Shown: positions 49,191 through 59,601, counted from the stretch's first letter. The stretch: 64,000 bases of DNA from an uncultured Gammaproteobacteria bacterium (GCA_964471475.1 CAYYFQ010000006.1:75-64074); one strand, 5' to 3'. Notes: a model not told the origin generated them from the letters alone. A program made the numbers and translations.

Positions 49191-50097
49191 AATAGTTATT
49201 CCCCAGATGAAAAAAGAGTATTGCTGATTTTAACATATTTGTTCCGATTACTTGATTGGGAGTTATAACTTTTTGAATACACGGGCTCATAGCTTTAGCG
49301 TTATAATGATGATCGCAAAAACTAGCGCGCACTAAAAATTTTTGTTCAGTGCAGAGACATGTTATTCTGTCTATAAAAAAACTAAGAAAAATATCATTTA
49401 AGAAAAAGATGCCTAAAAATGTCATTATCAAAATTTAGGCTAGCTAATAAAATATATAATAATTGGAATAAATACTCATGGTTACTCTTTATTATTTACT
49501 TGATAAAACGACTAACAAATGGTATCAATTAGTCCAAATGGAAAATAGATCCTGCTTTTTGGTCGATTACTTTGACCTCAGTAAGGTTTATTGGGCTATA
49601 CCTACAGCTCAATTAGATGCTACCCTTCTACAGAAGAAAATATACGTCCTTCTGCGTCTGAAAGAAAATTAAAACAAGGCCAACTGTTTAAAAGAAACGT
49701 AGAAGATCAGAAAACCACTTGCTATCTCGCTCGGAATCGTACACTGCGTTCGCTTTTACATCAGTTTGCTTTAAAAATGGTTGATGGAAATCCCGATGCA
49801 CGCCCTAATATCAATCAAGTGCTTGAAGAGCTAGCAGAAATGCATATGGGTTATATTAAAAATAAAAACGTACCAAAAATATTAGTTGAAGAGGATGGGG
49901 TTGTTTCTCGCCTCCGTCGCTAGGGCTCCAGTCAGAATGCAATTAAAGTAAGAGATACTCAAAAAAAGAAAATGAAGAAAATTAACAAGAAATATTAGCT
50001 GAGTACTTAAAATGATAAATACTTTTTCCGAAAGACGAAAAATTATTAGTCCTGTATTAATGAAATGCCAGATACAATACGGAGTTTAAACCCTGTT

Positions 50098-50220
50098 AGA
50101 GAAATGTGAATTTAAAGTGCTACGTCAATGTGGGATTAATGGTGCTCGATTGAATGATAAACAAATAGAGCGTATAGTGACGGTGACAAAAAAAATATCG
50201 TCGGGAAGAAAATTTCGCTA
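50098..50220 (+). pseudogene. Remnant of the 3' end of a second copy of the class I methyltransferase gene
   Basis: Translates to EKCEFKVLRQCGINGARLNDKQIERIVTVTKK..., versus EKCGFRVLRQCGIDGTRLNDKQTERIVTIARK at the end of the 39197-39973 gene. It ends in the recurrent motif AAAATTTCGCTAA. Confidence 0.5.
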
Positions 50221-50346
50221 ATGCTTCATGGAAATTGTCTTTCTATTTCAAACCACGTATGATTTTGATATTAGGTTATTGAGGAAGGTGCTCTAGTACT
50301 TCTTTTCAATATCGCCCCGCAATAGTTCAGCATAAGGAGATGTACT

Positions 50347-51906
50347 ATGAAAGTTACTATTCGACAATCTTTATTAAAACTCACCGCCGTATTTATTTTT
50401 TTAGGGTTATCTCAATTGAGTGTGGCATTGCCTCAAGTTCAAGCCGTTAATGGCGTTGGTTTTGTTTTGAAGAACGATGGGCGAACTATTATTTTTCATG
50501 GGGTGAATGAAATGAATAAATCCCCGCCTTCTTATGAGCCTTCAAAGATTGGATTTAATCAAACGCAGGCTCAGTTTATACAACAACATGGTTTTAATTT
50601 GGTAAGGCTAGGCGTTTTTTGGGCAGCGATACAACCTACAGCAGCAAAGACAGGCCAAGCCCCTGCGTATGATGATAACTATTTAAACAATATTAAACAA
50701 ACGATAATCACATTAGCTAATCAAGGCATTTATACTTTTATTGACTTCCATCAGGATGCTTATAGTAATCAGCTTGATAGCACAGGCCGCACAGTCGGTT
50801 TGGGCGAGCCTACATGGACAAACACGGCGCCAAGCGGATATAAAAATGTGGGTTTTCCGTATAATCTTTGGGGCGGAGCCTATTTCCTCGATAGAGCTAA
50901 TCCGATTTCTACAAATCTTGATCAAAACTATACCGGTTTTTGGTCAAGCAGTACGTTGTTAAGTAATTATACGGCCATGGTTCAGCACACTGTCCAAGTA
51001 TTAAAAGGGACGCCAGGTCTGATAGGTTATGAAATCATGAATGAGCCCTTTCCAGGGATGAATTGGCGTAACTGTGCGAGTGCGTTTGATAGTCTTGGAA
51101 TTCCCACTGCTTTCGCGAATGGTTGTGCTGTTTTTGAGCAATCGGGGCAACCCTTGGCAACACTGTATCAACAAGTCATTCCTGTGATTAATCGAACAGA
51201 TCCGGATGCATTAGTTCTTTTTGAGCCAGTGGTTTTTGTGGATTATGGTTCACCCATTAAACTGCCAACTTTTACAGGAAGTAATTTGGTGCTTAGTTAC
51301 CATAATTACGACACCAATGACACAACAGCTCCCTTTAGTAGTGCCGCTACTTATGCCGCCGCTGCCGGTGGATTGCCGCAAATAATGTCTGAATTTGGTG
51401 GGGTGAATGGGCCGATTACCGTGAGTGATATTGCTGAACAAGCAGATACGACGGCACAGTCTTGGACCTATTGGGCATACTCTAACAATCCTATTTACAA
51501 ATTTGTGCCAGGAGCGCCAGACCCTACCAAGCAGGGAATTGTTATGAATATGAATGAGCCCCTTGATACACCAGGAAATGTCAATACAGATCGTTTGAAT
51601 ATCTTAACGCGACCTTATCCACAAATCATTTCAGGTCATAGTTTTACATTTGCGTATGATCGCCTTACGCATGCATTTACGATGAGCTACACGACTGGAA
51701 TGAATGATCTGCAAAGAAGCACGCAGATTTTTCTGCCTCAAGCCATTTATGGGACAAACTATAAGGTGGAATATATTCAAGGTCGCACGTTGGTTGTTCC
51801 ATTGCCCGCGGGCCCTCAAATATTGCTATTGAAAAATATTCAGCCCGGCCAGGTGAGTATTAAGGTCACGCCGAATACTCAAGCGATTCATAAAAAGCAT
51901 AAATGA
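50347..51906 (+). CDS. Secreted glycoside hydrolase family 5 protein (endoglycoceramidase/cellulase-like)
   Basis: Signal peptide (LSVALPQVQA). GH5 blocks GFNLVRLGVFW and catalytic EIMNEPF. 519 aa. Confidence 0.7.
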   Translation: MKVTIRQSLLKLTAVFIFLGLSQLSVALPQVQAVNGVGFVLKNDGRTIIFHGVNEMNKSPPSYEPSKIGFNQTQAQFIQQHGFNLVRLGVFWAAIQPTAAKTGQAPAYDDNYLNNIKQTIITLANQGIYTFIDFHQDAYSNQLDSTGRTVGLGEPTWTNTAPSGYKNVGFPYNLWGGAYFLDRANPISTNLDQNYTGFWSSSTLLSNYTAMVQHTVQVLKGTPGLIGYEIMNEPFPGMNWRNCASAFDSLGIPTAFANGCAVFEQSGQPLATLYQQVIPVINRTDPDALVLFEPVVFVDYGSPIKLPTFTGSNLVLSYHNYDTNDTTAPFSSAATYAAAAGGLPQIMSEFGGVNGPITVSDIAEQADTTAQSWTYWAYSNNPIYKFVPGAPDPTKQGIVMNMNEPLDTPGNVNTDRLNILTRPYPQIISGHSFTFAYDRLTHAFTMSYTTGMNDLQRSTQIFLPQAIYGTNYKVEYIQGRTLVVPLPAGPQILLLKNIQPGQVSIKVTPNTQAIHKKHK

Positions 51907-51911
51907 ATCTA

Positions 51912-52241
51912 CTATCTAGCGTGAATCGTGATGGCTGATTCCTTGGAGGAGACGGGATTTCCGTCTTTCGTTAGTTCACTAGCGGCATCGTGGGAAATAG
52001 TGCCATTGTTATCTGTGGTACTTGCCATGCTTGTATAGGTGCCTCCATTGTTGCCAGTGGCCTCTACTTGACGAGAGAGAGAAACTGAGTCTGGAGACTC
52101 TTTGTTGGCAGAGACAGTGATGGTTGCTGAGCCCTCCGAGGTGTTTTTTGTCTTCTGCACTGTGAATTCGTCGGCAAAGGCAGCGTGGAAGGTAATCAAT
52201 AATAGCGCTAAAACAGATGAGAGTGAAATAATTTTTCGCAT
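51912..52241 (-). CDS. Small Ser/Thr-rich secreted protein (109 aa)
   Basis: Signal peptide MRKIISLSSVLALLLITFHAAFA. Low-complexity T/S/N-rich body. Confidence 0.4.
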   Translation of the reverse strand: MRKIISLSSVLALLLITFHAAFADEFTVQKTKNTSEGSATITVSANKESPDSVSLSRQVEATGNNGGTYTSMASTTDNNGTISHDAASELTKDGNPVSSKESAITIHAR

Positions 52242-52400
52242 GATATTTTCCTGTATCCACTATTGTGTTGGAAAGCAAGCCTATAGTTCGAACAGACTTT
52301 TTGTATTGTAGCACTTATCTCAAGATTTAAAGATTTATGACTTCTTACTCTTTTAACTGACATGGTTTTGAATATAGTTAACAAACAATGGTTTTTATAA

Positions 52401-53069
52401 ATGAAAAACATATTATGTTATGGAGATTCTAATAGCTGGGGATTAATTCCGGGGAAATTTAATGAAACCTATAAGCTTCAGACAAGATTACCACCTGCAT
52501 TAAGATGGCCGCGTATTTTACAAAAGCTTCTTGGCAGTGATTATTATGTCATTGAAGAAAATCTTAATGGGCGAAATACTTCTTTTGACGAGAAACCTAA
52601 GACACGTCCTTCACGTAATGGTTTAGCTACGCTTCCGGGTATTTTAGAAATGCATTATCCACTCGATCTTGTGATTTTTATGCTAGGAACCAATGATACA
52701 CGCATTGATTTTAACTTTAATGCTTCGGTAGAAGATATTGTACAAGGCATGCAATCCTTGGTTCACTATGTGAAAGAAAGTCATTTAGGTAAAAATTTTC
52801 AAGCGCCAAAAGTGCTTCTTATAGCCCCCGCACCACTGATTCCAGAAGCAGCTGGTTATTCTGGTAATTGCTTTGATGCAAGCTCTATTCAAAAGTCAAA
52901 AGAAATCCCGGCTGCGTATCAGCAATTAGCGGAAAAAGAGCAGTGTGCATTTATTGATGCGGGCACTTTAGTTGAGGTTGACCCCGCGGATGGTGTACAT
53001 ATTAAAGGAGAAAGTTTATCGGCATTAGCAAAAGCGGTGACCGACAAAATTTTAACGATGAAATGGTGA
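52401..53069 (+). CDS. SGNH/GDSL family hydrolase
   Basis: Block I CYGDSNSWG, block III GTND and a C-terminal DGVH catalytic dyad. Confidence 0.8.
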   Translation: MKNILCYGDSNSWGLIPGKFNETYKLQTRLPPALRWPRILQKLLGSDYYVIEENLNGRNTSFDEKPKTRPSRNGLATLPGILEMHYPLDLVIFMLGTNDTRIDFNFNASVEDIVQGMQSLVHYVKESHLGKNFQAPKVLLIAPAPLIPEAAGYSGNCFDASSIQKSKEIPAAYQQLAEKEQCAFIDAGTLVEVDPADGVHIKGESLSALAKAVTDKILTMKW

Positions 53070-53094
53070 TCTTAAATTTTTTAAAGGATAGTTT

Positions 53095-53703
53095 ATGTTT
53101 TATTCTGCTTTAGAACTGCCGCGAGGCCTTTTTAAATCGTGCATTGTGCCTAGACCCATTGCTTGGGTGAGTAGCATTAGTAAAGAAGGCGTTTTAAATT
53201 TAGCACCGTTTAGTTATTTTAATGCGGTATCGGATGAGCCTCCCATGATCATGTTTTCGACGACAGGTGCGCATAGCGAAGGTGATGCCAAAGATTCCTT
53301 AAAAAATATTGAAGAAACGGGTGAGTTTGTGGTGAATATCGTGAGCTATCATATGCGAGAAGCAATGAACGTGTCGTCTGCGGATTTACCCCGCGATCAA
53401 AATGAGTTTGAATTTTCAGGCGTTACGCCAGAATCTTCGGCGCTTATCAAAGTCCCTCGTGTTAAAGAATCTCTGCTGCATCTCGAGTGTAGTTATTATT
53501 CATCCGTACAACTTCCTACCCATTCAAAAGATATTATTAACCGAATGGTGATTGGAAAAGTGTTAGGCATTCATGTTGATCCAAGCGTCATGACAGAAGG
53601 ACGTATTGATATAGCTAAGCTTCAACCGATTGCGCGTTTAGGATATAACGATTATGTGAAAGTTGAAAAAGATGTTTTTGAGATGATTCGGCCTAACGTT
53701 TAG
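53095..53703 (+). CDS. Flavin reductase-like FMN-binding domain protein, copy 2
   Basis: ~90% nt identity over the full length with 39990-40604. Confidence 0.8.
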   Translation: MFYSALELPRGLFKSCIVPRPIAWVSSISKEGVLNLAPFSYFNAVSDEPPMIMFSTTGAHSEGDAKDSLKNIEETGEFVVNIVSYHMREAMNVSSADLPRDQNEFEFSGVTPESSALIKVPRVKESLLHLECSYYSSVQLPTHSKDIINRMVIGKVLGIHVDPSVMTEGRIDIAKLQPIARLGYNDYVKVEKDVFEMIRPNV

Positions 53704-54454
53704 ATTGTGTGCTTAAATCTTCGAAGTGTGTTATCACTTGATTAAAAAAGGCATCCGTTTTTTTATCTGCTTCCAAAGAGGCTTCTTTGCAAAATTGTTG
53801 ATCTGCTAACTTTTCCATTGTTGAACAACGAAAGCCATGAGTTGCAGGGTAGGTATGGATTTCCACAAAGGGATTTCTGGCCGCTATAGATTGAATAGCA
53901 TCAAGAGGAAGTAAATCATCTTTTTCCGCACAATGAAGAATAATGGGGCAACGAGGTTGCTCCTCACTCAACAAATGAATATGCGTTCCATAATAGGCAG
54001 ATATGGCCGCTATCCCATTTAATCGGGCCGCCGCAAGCCATCCTAAAGTTCCACCAAAACTTAATCCCAGAATCATTACAGGAAAATGGTATCTATTTTG
54101 TAAATAGTTTTTTGTGGCATCTATGTCTAACAGTGGTAAATAGAGTTCACTATCCCCATTAGTTTTTTCTAAGAGCTTCTCTTTTGTGGCAAGTGCTTTT
54201 CCATAGTCTTTGTCGCTATAGGAAAAGACAATATTCTCTCCAAGCCGGTCATAAAGCGATGGTGCAAGCGTATGATAACCTTGCGCTGCCCAATATTCAC
54301 AAAGAGAACGAATAAAAGGTGTTAATCCAAAAATTTCATGGAGAATAATGAGGGACGCTTTTGCTGTTTTTTCATGTGCTTCGCAAAAATAAGTTTGAAA
54401 AGTGTGATTATCTTGAGAGGTTAGTTTGATTGTTGTTGACATAAAAAATCTCAT
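53693..54454 (-). CDS. Dienelactone hydrolase family protein
   Basis: LIILHEIFGL, nucleophile elbow GLSFGG, and a C-terminal His region typical of DLH-fold hydrolases. Confidence 0.65.
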   Translation of the reverse strand: MRFFMSTTIKLTSQDNHTFQTYFCEAHEKTAKASLIILHEIFGLTPFIRSLCEYWAAQGYHTLAPSLYDRLGENIVFSYSDKDYGKALATKEKLLEKTNGDSELYLPLLDIDATKNYLQNRYHFPVMILGLSFGGTLGWLAAARLNGIAAISAYYGTHIHLLSEEQPRCPIILHCAEKDDLLPLDAIQSIAARNPFVEIHTYPATHGFRCSTMEKLADQQFCKEASLEADKKTDAFFNQVITHFEDLSTQSKR

Positions 54455-54464
54455 TTATAGATTG

Positions 54465-54530
54465 TAACCTTCAAACGATTTCCCGATGAATCTTCGCATT
54501 CCACAGCCATACTTAAGATTGATAACAAAA
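54465..54530 (-). pseudogene. Degenerate remnant of a VOC/glyoxalase gene 3' end (third copy)
   Basis: The reverse complement aligns with the 3' end of 56031-56381 (atcaatctt..tggctgtggaatgcgaagat.tcatcgggaaatcg) with a 1-nt deletion. Confidence 0.35.
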
Positions 54531-54598
54531 GATAATGGAAGAAGTTTAATACTAAACTATACTCTTGGTCTAGATGAGGCTAGCAACCCCGATAATTT

Positions 54599-55882
54599 TT
54601 ATGCGGCCTGATCTAGTTGGGAATTTCCTCCAGATTTCGAAAGTAATAAATTAGAACTTTTGAGAGTTTTAGTCACGCTATTGATGATATCATGAGTAAC
54701 AGTAAGCTCCATGGGTCCCATAGTATAATGCCATTTTTTGTAACCAGTATACGGCGAAAAGAAATGGCCTAATTGTGGATAGTGATTAAAAGAAGCAAGC
54801 TGCGTACCCGCTGCTGTACAACTATTACGTAACCTTAAAGCATCTTCAAAGGGTACTTCTGGGTCAAGTTCACCTTGAAAAACATAGGTTAACTTACAAA
54901 ATTTAACTTGTCGTGCTAGATAATCGGATTCAGAAAAATATTCTTTAAACCAAATCCTTGGAGGATAATGGGGTGGAGGATTCCATGGCTTGTTTTTATC
55001 TCCAACATCAGCTTGAAATTTCAACCATACTTGCTCATTGATGTAGGTGTATTCTGCTTTAATAATTTTTCCTGGCTGGTGTAATTGAGTGTACTTTTGA
55101 TAAAACTGATTCCAATCTCGATTTTCCACTAAAAATCGTTTACCTGCTTTTTTAGCAAACGACTGATATTGAAATGCAGTCAATGTGTCATCTTGTGCAG
55201 TATTTAATAAATTAAATAACCTTAATCGTTGATAAATCATTTGCATTGACATAATCTCTTTTAAGGAATGATTAAAAACACTTAATAAAAATAGTGCTTT
55301 TACTTGCGGACGTTGCTCGATGATTTTTAGAGCTAAAATGGTTCCCTCACTATGGCCTAATAAAGCAATTTGTGTAGAGTTAATTTGAGGAAGTTTACTC
55401 GCAAAATCAAATGCAGCGATTGCATCAGCGGCAAGGTTTTTTGCACCCGCTGTTTCGTAATCAGGAGTAGTCTTACTTTCTTTAAAGTTATTATCGGTAA
55501 CTACTATGCCTCGTTTATCATACATAAAAACTGCAATGCCCTGTTGTACTAATCCCCGCTCAATATTTTTAAAAAATAAAGTAGTTTTTCCATCCATAGT
55601 TAACGATCCAGGAATATTCTCGTAGCGATCAACATTACCACTACCAGTCAACATGATGACTAAAGGAAAAGGTCTATTTTTACCAACGGGAATGGCTAAA
55701 TGACCGTGTAAAATTAAACCATCATGAGTTTTAAATTGTTCATTAAGATAAGTGATTGTTCGTGTCGAAGAGGGTACGGGGTAAGCACTTGCTGTATTTA
55801 TAGCGCTACAAAATAATATTAATAAGACAATCTTTCTTTTAAAGAAAATGGTTGACACTTTTGCTCTTGTGAATTGGGCCAT
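54599..55882 (-). CDS. Secreted alpha/beta hydrolase
   Basis: Signal peptide from the M at 55882 (MAQFTRAKVSTIFFKRKIVLLILFCSAINTASA). Nucleophile elbow GHSEG. The ORF-track extension to 56002 would overlap the upstream gene. Confidence 0.65.
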   Translation of the reverse strand: MAQFTRAKVSTIFFKRKIVLLILFCSAINTASAYPVPSSTRTITYLNEQFKTHDGLILHGHLAIPVGKNRPFPLVIMLTGSGNVDRYENIPGSLTMDGKTTLFFKNIERGLVQQGIAVFMYDKRGIVVTDNNFKESKTTPDYETAGAKNLAADAIAAFDFASKLPQINSTQIALLGHSEGTILALKIIEQRPQVKALFLLSVFNHSLKEIMSMQMIYQRLRLFNLLNTAQDDTLTAFQYQSFAKKAGKRFLVENRDWNQFYQKYTQLHQPGKIIKAEYTYINEQVWLKFQADVGDKNKPWNPPPHYPPRIWFKEYFSESDYLARQVKFCKLTYVFQGELDPEVPFEDALRLRNSCTAAGTQLASFNHYPQLGHFFSPYTGYKKWHYTMGPMELTVTHDIINSVTKTLKSSNLLLSKSGGNSQLDQAA

Positions 55883-56030
55883 TATCCAAAATAATCGGGA
55901 ATTCCTTTGTCGGATAGGTTTTGCATAACTGCTTTTTAATTGTAATATTTTATCGCATGCTTTATGTGTATCTAGCATTGGATTATTTGTCATAAGTCTC
56001 ATCGATTAAAAAATTTTGCTAATGCTTTTT

Positions 56031-56381
56031 TTATTGATAGCTCGTAAATCCCAAGCGGTTTCCCGCAGGGTCTTCGCATTCGACAGCTATGCCAAGATTA
56101 ATAGCAAAAGGTGGTGAGAGAAATTTAACACCTTTGGCGCTTAATTCTTCATACATTTTTTGTACGTCATCAATAACAAACCAGATAGTTGGCTTAGCCT
56201 GAGGAAATTTTTTCTGATCTTTAAGAATTAACGCGGGCTCTTCATTACCAATCTTTAACCCAGTAATTCCTCGTTCAGAAAAATCAAATTTTGTTTTTAA
56301 TCCTAAAATATTTTCATAAAAAGCTTTAGATGCTTTCAAATCATGGGCTGGTAAAAAGAAGTTATCAATGGATTTAATCAT
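56031..56381 (-). CDS. VOC (glyoxalase/bleomycin resistance/dioxygenase) family protein
   Basis: MIKSIDNFFLPAHDLKASKAFYENILGLK beta-alpha-beta-beta-beta module. GGAG RBS before the ATG at 56381. The recurrent 16-mer lies 6 nt past the stop. Confidence 0.7.
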   Translation of the reverse strand: MIKSIDNFFLPAHDLKASKAFYENILGLKTKFDFSERGITGLKIGNEEPALILKDQKKFPQAKPTIWFVIDDVQKMYEELSAKGVKFLSPPFAINLGIAVECEDPAGNRLGFTSYQ

Positions 56382-56398
56382 AAAATTTCTCCAAGTTT

Positions 56399-57451
56399 TC
56401 AAGAAAAAACCAGCGCATGAAATTGCGCTAATGAACACGAATAATCACCGCAAAAAGAAATATTCACGGGTTGATCGTTGTAAGAAACTCTCACTTCGTA
56501 TTGAGCATTTTTTTCAAACAAAGCAAAGTTAAGATCAGATGCATAAGGCGGAAACTCTTTTAACGGCGCTCCCAGCGTTGTCATGACCGCTCGAATAGAA
56601 GCATCATGCCCTGAGAATAAAACATATTTTAATGGGGATTTTTTAGCAACAACGTCTTCCATGTTATTTACAATGAATTTGAGAAATCGATGCCCAACAG
56701 GAGAGGAGACGCCAGGTTGATTAAATCGATGAACATAGTACTCATCATCTAAAGCCATCATGTCAGCGAAATCCTGTTGTGTTATACCTTTGGGAAAAGG
56801 AAGATGATGCAGATGGCGTATATATAAATCATCCGAAAGCGCATCTAATTGCAGTACATTGTGGATAGGAAACCCGCTAAGAACGCTCCACCTTTCTATT
56901 TTTGTTTTTAATAATTGACTTTTTTCATGCCACCACAGATAAGATGCTATAAAATTTTTGGCTAAAAAATAGACATTTTTACTAGGCTTAACAATGAGCA
57001 AGTCATCATCTTCAATAGGAATGGCATTGATAGGAATGGGTTGATAAGCCATGGGTAACGCAGGTGTTTGATCTTGTTGGAGGAATGGACCAGTTCCTAA
57101 AGGATATAAACCCAACAAAAATGATTCTGCGCTCATCAAACTACGATTCGTCTGCGTCGAACGAACATATATGGTTTTAGCGTCATAATTCTCATCTAAG
57201 AGATGATAGCCATACACATATTTTTGGCGTAACTTTTTCCCCAACAAAAATTCTTGCTGCATGCCTTCTGGCGTAAGTTCGCCAGGTGCTTCTTTCCAAG
57301 CAACAGGATCACAGGGTAAAGTGGTGAGTGGCGCACGATCGCCATGACGAATCAAATCCACCGCAAAAAGCATTTTTTCTTCAGCGAAGGATGGTAATGT
57401 TGATAGAATCAGTATTAAAAATAAACCAGACAAAAATAATTTTTTAAACAT
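56399..57451 (-). CDS. Secreted histidine acid phosphatase
   Basis: Signal peptide MFKKLFLSGLFLILILSTLPSFA. RHGDRAP catalytic motif (LIRHGDRAP). C-terminal HD region (SGHDASI). Confidence 0.8.
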   Translation of the reverse strand: MFKKLFLSGLFLILILSTLPSFAEEKMLFAVDLIRHGDRAPLTTLPCDPVAWKEAPGELTPEGMQQEFLLGKKLRQKYVYGYHLLDENYDAKTIYVRSTQTNRSLMSAESFLLGLYPLGTGPFLQQDQTPALPMAYQPIPINAIPIEDDDLLIVKPSKNVYFLAKNFIASYLWWHEKSQLLKTKIERWSVLSGFPIHNVLQLDALSDDLYIRHLHHLPFPKGITQQDFADMMALDDEYYVHRFNQPGVSSPVGHRFLKFIVNNMEDVVAKKSPLKYVLFSGHDASIRAVMTTLGAPLKEFPPYASDLNFALFEKNAQYEVRVSYNDQPVNISFCGDYSCSLAQFHALVFS

Positions 57452-57454
57452 AAC

Positions 57455-57925
57455 TTACTCAATAATAAAACGATAATGATCGTAGATTTCATCACGCTGG
57501 AATCCATATTTTTCGTATAGCGCCTTTGCTGTGTGATTGTCGTGTTCTGTTTTAAGATCAATACGTTTAGCGCCTTCTTTTTTGGCAAACGCTACTGCCG
57601 CATTGATCAAAGCTTTTCCAATTCTATGGCCTCGATAATTTGATTCAACAAATAAATCATTTAAGATCCAAATTTTGCTTAATCCTAACGTGGAGAAACA
57701 AGGGTAAAGTTGCGCAATACCCACGGCTTTATTTTCAAGGAAGGCTAATAAAATAGCCGATTCTTTGTGTTGTAATCGTGTTTCAATAAACGTTTTCAGT
57801 GCTTCTTCGGATCCATTTTGGCAGCAGTAAAAATTGCGGTAATGCGCGAGTAGCGAAACAATCGCTTCAAGATCATGGATATTAGCTAGTCGAATGCTGG
57901 GTGAAGAATGTGGCATAAGAATCAA
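57455..57925 (-). CDS. GNAT family N-acetyltransferase
   Basis: Motif A VESNYRGHRIGKALINAAV. 156 aa. Confidence 0.75.
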   Translation of the reverse strand: MILMPHSSPSIRLANIHDLEAIVSLLAHYRNFYCCQNGSEEALKTFIETRLQHKESAILLAFLENKAVGIAQLYPCFSTLGLSKIWILNDLFVESNYRGHRIGKALINAAVAFAKKEGAKRIDLKTEHDNHTAKALYEKYGFQRDEIYDHYRFIIE

Positions 57926-58020
57926 GTGTTATTGAAGACCAAAGTATCATATCACGATAATGTTAAAATCATTTTATGAAGTTGCTGTTACGCAACGCAA
58001 GGATTGGGCTGTTGATAATG

Positions 58021-59400
58021 CTATAGTCTGCATCGAAGCTGACTCACTTCAAGAGGTTTTTGCTCGAGACTTTTTGCTGCTACTGAATTGACTAATGGGA
58101 AGAGGGCGGCTATTGAGTCAGAGTCCTTAGGTTCTTTTTCCGCTTTAAAATTACAGTAGGTGGCCAACCAACGGAAAACAAATGTCATGTCTCCGACAAC
58201 CGGATTGACTAACTGTTGGAACACATTTGGGCCATTGACAGAGTTAATGAAACAAGCGACTGAATCACCGGTTCTCATGTTAATAGCACAAAAAGCATCG
58301 GCGCCAGCATTGCTTTCCATTTCTTTATTATTTCCCCAATGAAAAGCAATTGTTCTTTCTGCATCCGCAAAAATACCCATACCCAATCCCCATTTAATTT
58401 GATTTTCAGCAAAAGGAGCATAGGGGAAATCTTCTATGGCTGTTAACAATGTTGACTTAAGATAATCGTTATTCAAGCAATATTGTAGAAAAATCATATA
58501 ATCGTTTGCGGTCGTCAATAAAGAGCCTGCTGGCACTTCAGGTGAATCCATAGGCTCTGCTGCTTGAATGGGAGAGGCTCCTTCTGCGTTATGTGGGGGT
58601 GCAACCTCCCTTGCTCCAGCTAAATGACTCGCTGGTAATGGTTTAAAAGTGGAATTTTGCATGCCTACTTTAGCAAAGAAATTTTGTGCTAGGGCTTCCC
58701 AGCGTTCTCCTAAAGTTTTTTCAATGACTTCCTTTAAAAAAGCAAATGCAATGCCGGAATATTTAAATTCACTTCCAGGCTCAGCGATAAATTTTTCTTC
58801 AGCGTTGAAGTAAAACCAATTAGGCAATCCAGAGCACTGCCCAAGCACCATGCGTGTGGTCAGTTTTTGATAATGAGGATCCCGTTTAAGCTCGGGAGGA
58901 CCATAATCAGCAATCTCAGCAAGTGGAGTATCCAAATCCCATTTTCTTTGTTCAATCAAATCTAATACGATAGCCGCAGAGACGGGTTTGCTTAAAGAAG
59001 CGACTGGAAAAAGCGTTTCAGTGTTAACTAATTTTGGGCTCAATTTGTCAGTGGTTCCCGCTGCAAATGTCTTAGTAGCACTCGTGGCTGATGTGTGCCA
59101 TGATACCGATAAAGCTGGGATATTTGCATCATTAAGTATTTTCGCAATGAACTGCCGTACATGCGCAACATCCTCATCTGCAAAATTTTGCTCAGCTAAT
59201 TGTTCGCAAAATATGGCTGACATTTCTTCTTTTTGAGCAGGTGTTTCTAAAGAGTGATAATAGGCAACATATAAGTCCAAAGCGTCTTGAAAGGTGTCTG
59301 TTTCCGCAAGGAGTAGCTCCCACGGTTTGGTAAGGGATGTCTTGCTTTCCTCAATAGCTTTTATTAATCCGCATCGGAAGGCTTCACTGATAAGCGACAT
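58021..59400 (-). CDS. Serine hydrolase / beta-lactamase-family protein with an extra ~110-aa N-terminal helical domain
   Basis: SxxK motif ASLSKPV, downstream YSGIAF, and C-terminal class-C-like blocks. It has no signal peptide and so is probably cytoplasmic. Confidence 0.65.
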   Translation of the reverse strand: MSLISEAFRCGLIKAIEESKTSLTKPWELLLAETDTFQDALDLYVAYYHSLETPAQKEEMSAIFCEQLAEQNFADEDVAHVRQFIAKILNDANIPALSVSWHTSATSATKTFAAGTTDKLSPKLVNTETLFPVASLSKPVSAAIVLDLIEQRKWDLDTPLAEIADYGPPELKRDPHYQKLTTRMVLGQCSGLPNWFYFNAEEKFIAEPGSEFKYSGIAFAFLKEVIEKTLGERWEALAQNFFAKVGMQNSTFKPLPASHLAGAREVAPPHNAEGASPIQAAEPMDSPEVPAGSLLTTANDYMIFLQYCLNNDYLKSTLLTAIEDFPYAPFAENQIKWGLGMGIFADAERTIAFHWGNNKEMESNAGADAFCAINMRTGDSVACFINSVNGPNVFQQLVNPVVGDMTFVFRWLATYCNFKAEKEPKDSDSIAALFPLVNSVAAKSLEQKPLEVSQLRCRL

Positions 59401-59601
59401 ATTAACCTCCTCTTTATGAAACTGTTCTAGATGTTCATTAAATGTAATTGATATGTAATTGCCCGAAAACAGGTATTTTCACCGAATAGCCTTAGTTTAA
59501 AAAATATAATTGAATGGTTGTTCAAGGTTATTGGTATTTTAAACATCACCACGTTGGATGGGTCGATGGATTGAAACAGGTATTGTCAGAAGCCTTACCA
59601 G

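Noticed and set aside
49591-49923. Possible C-terminal scrap of a eukaryotic-like Ser/Thr kinase (NPDARPNINQVLEEL resembles kinase subdomain XI)
   Set aside because: It is too short and has no upstream catalytic motifs (no HRD or DFG), so the similarity could be chance. I left it as a low-confidence note rather than a feature.
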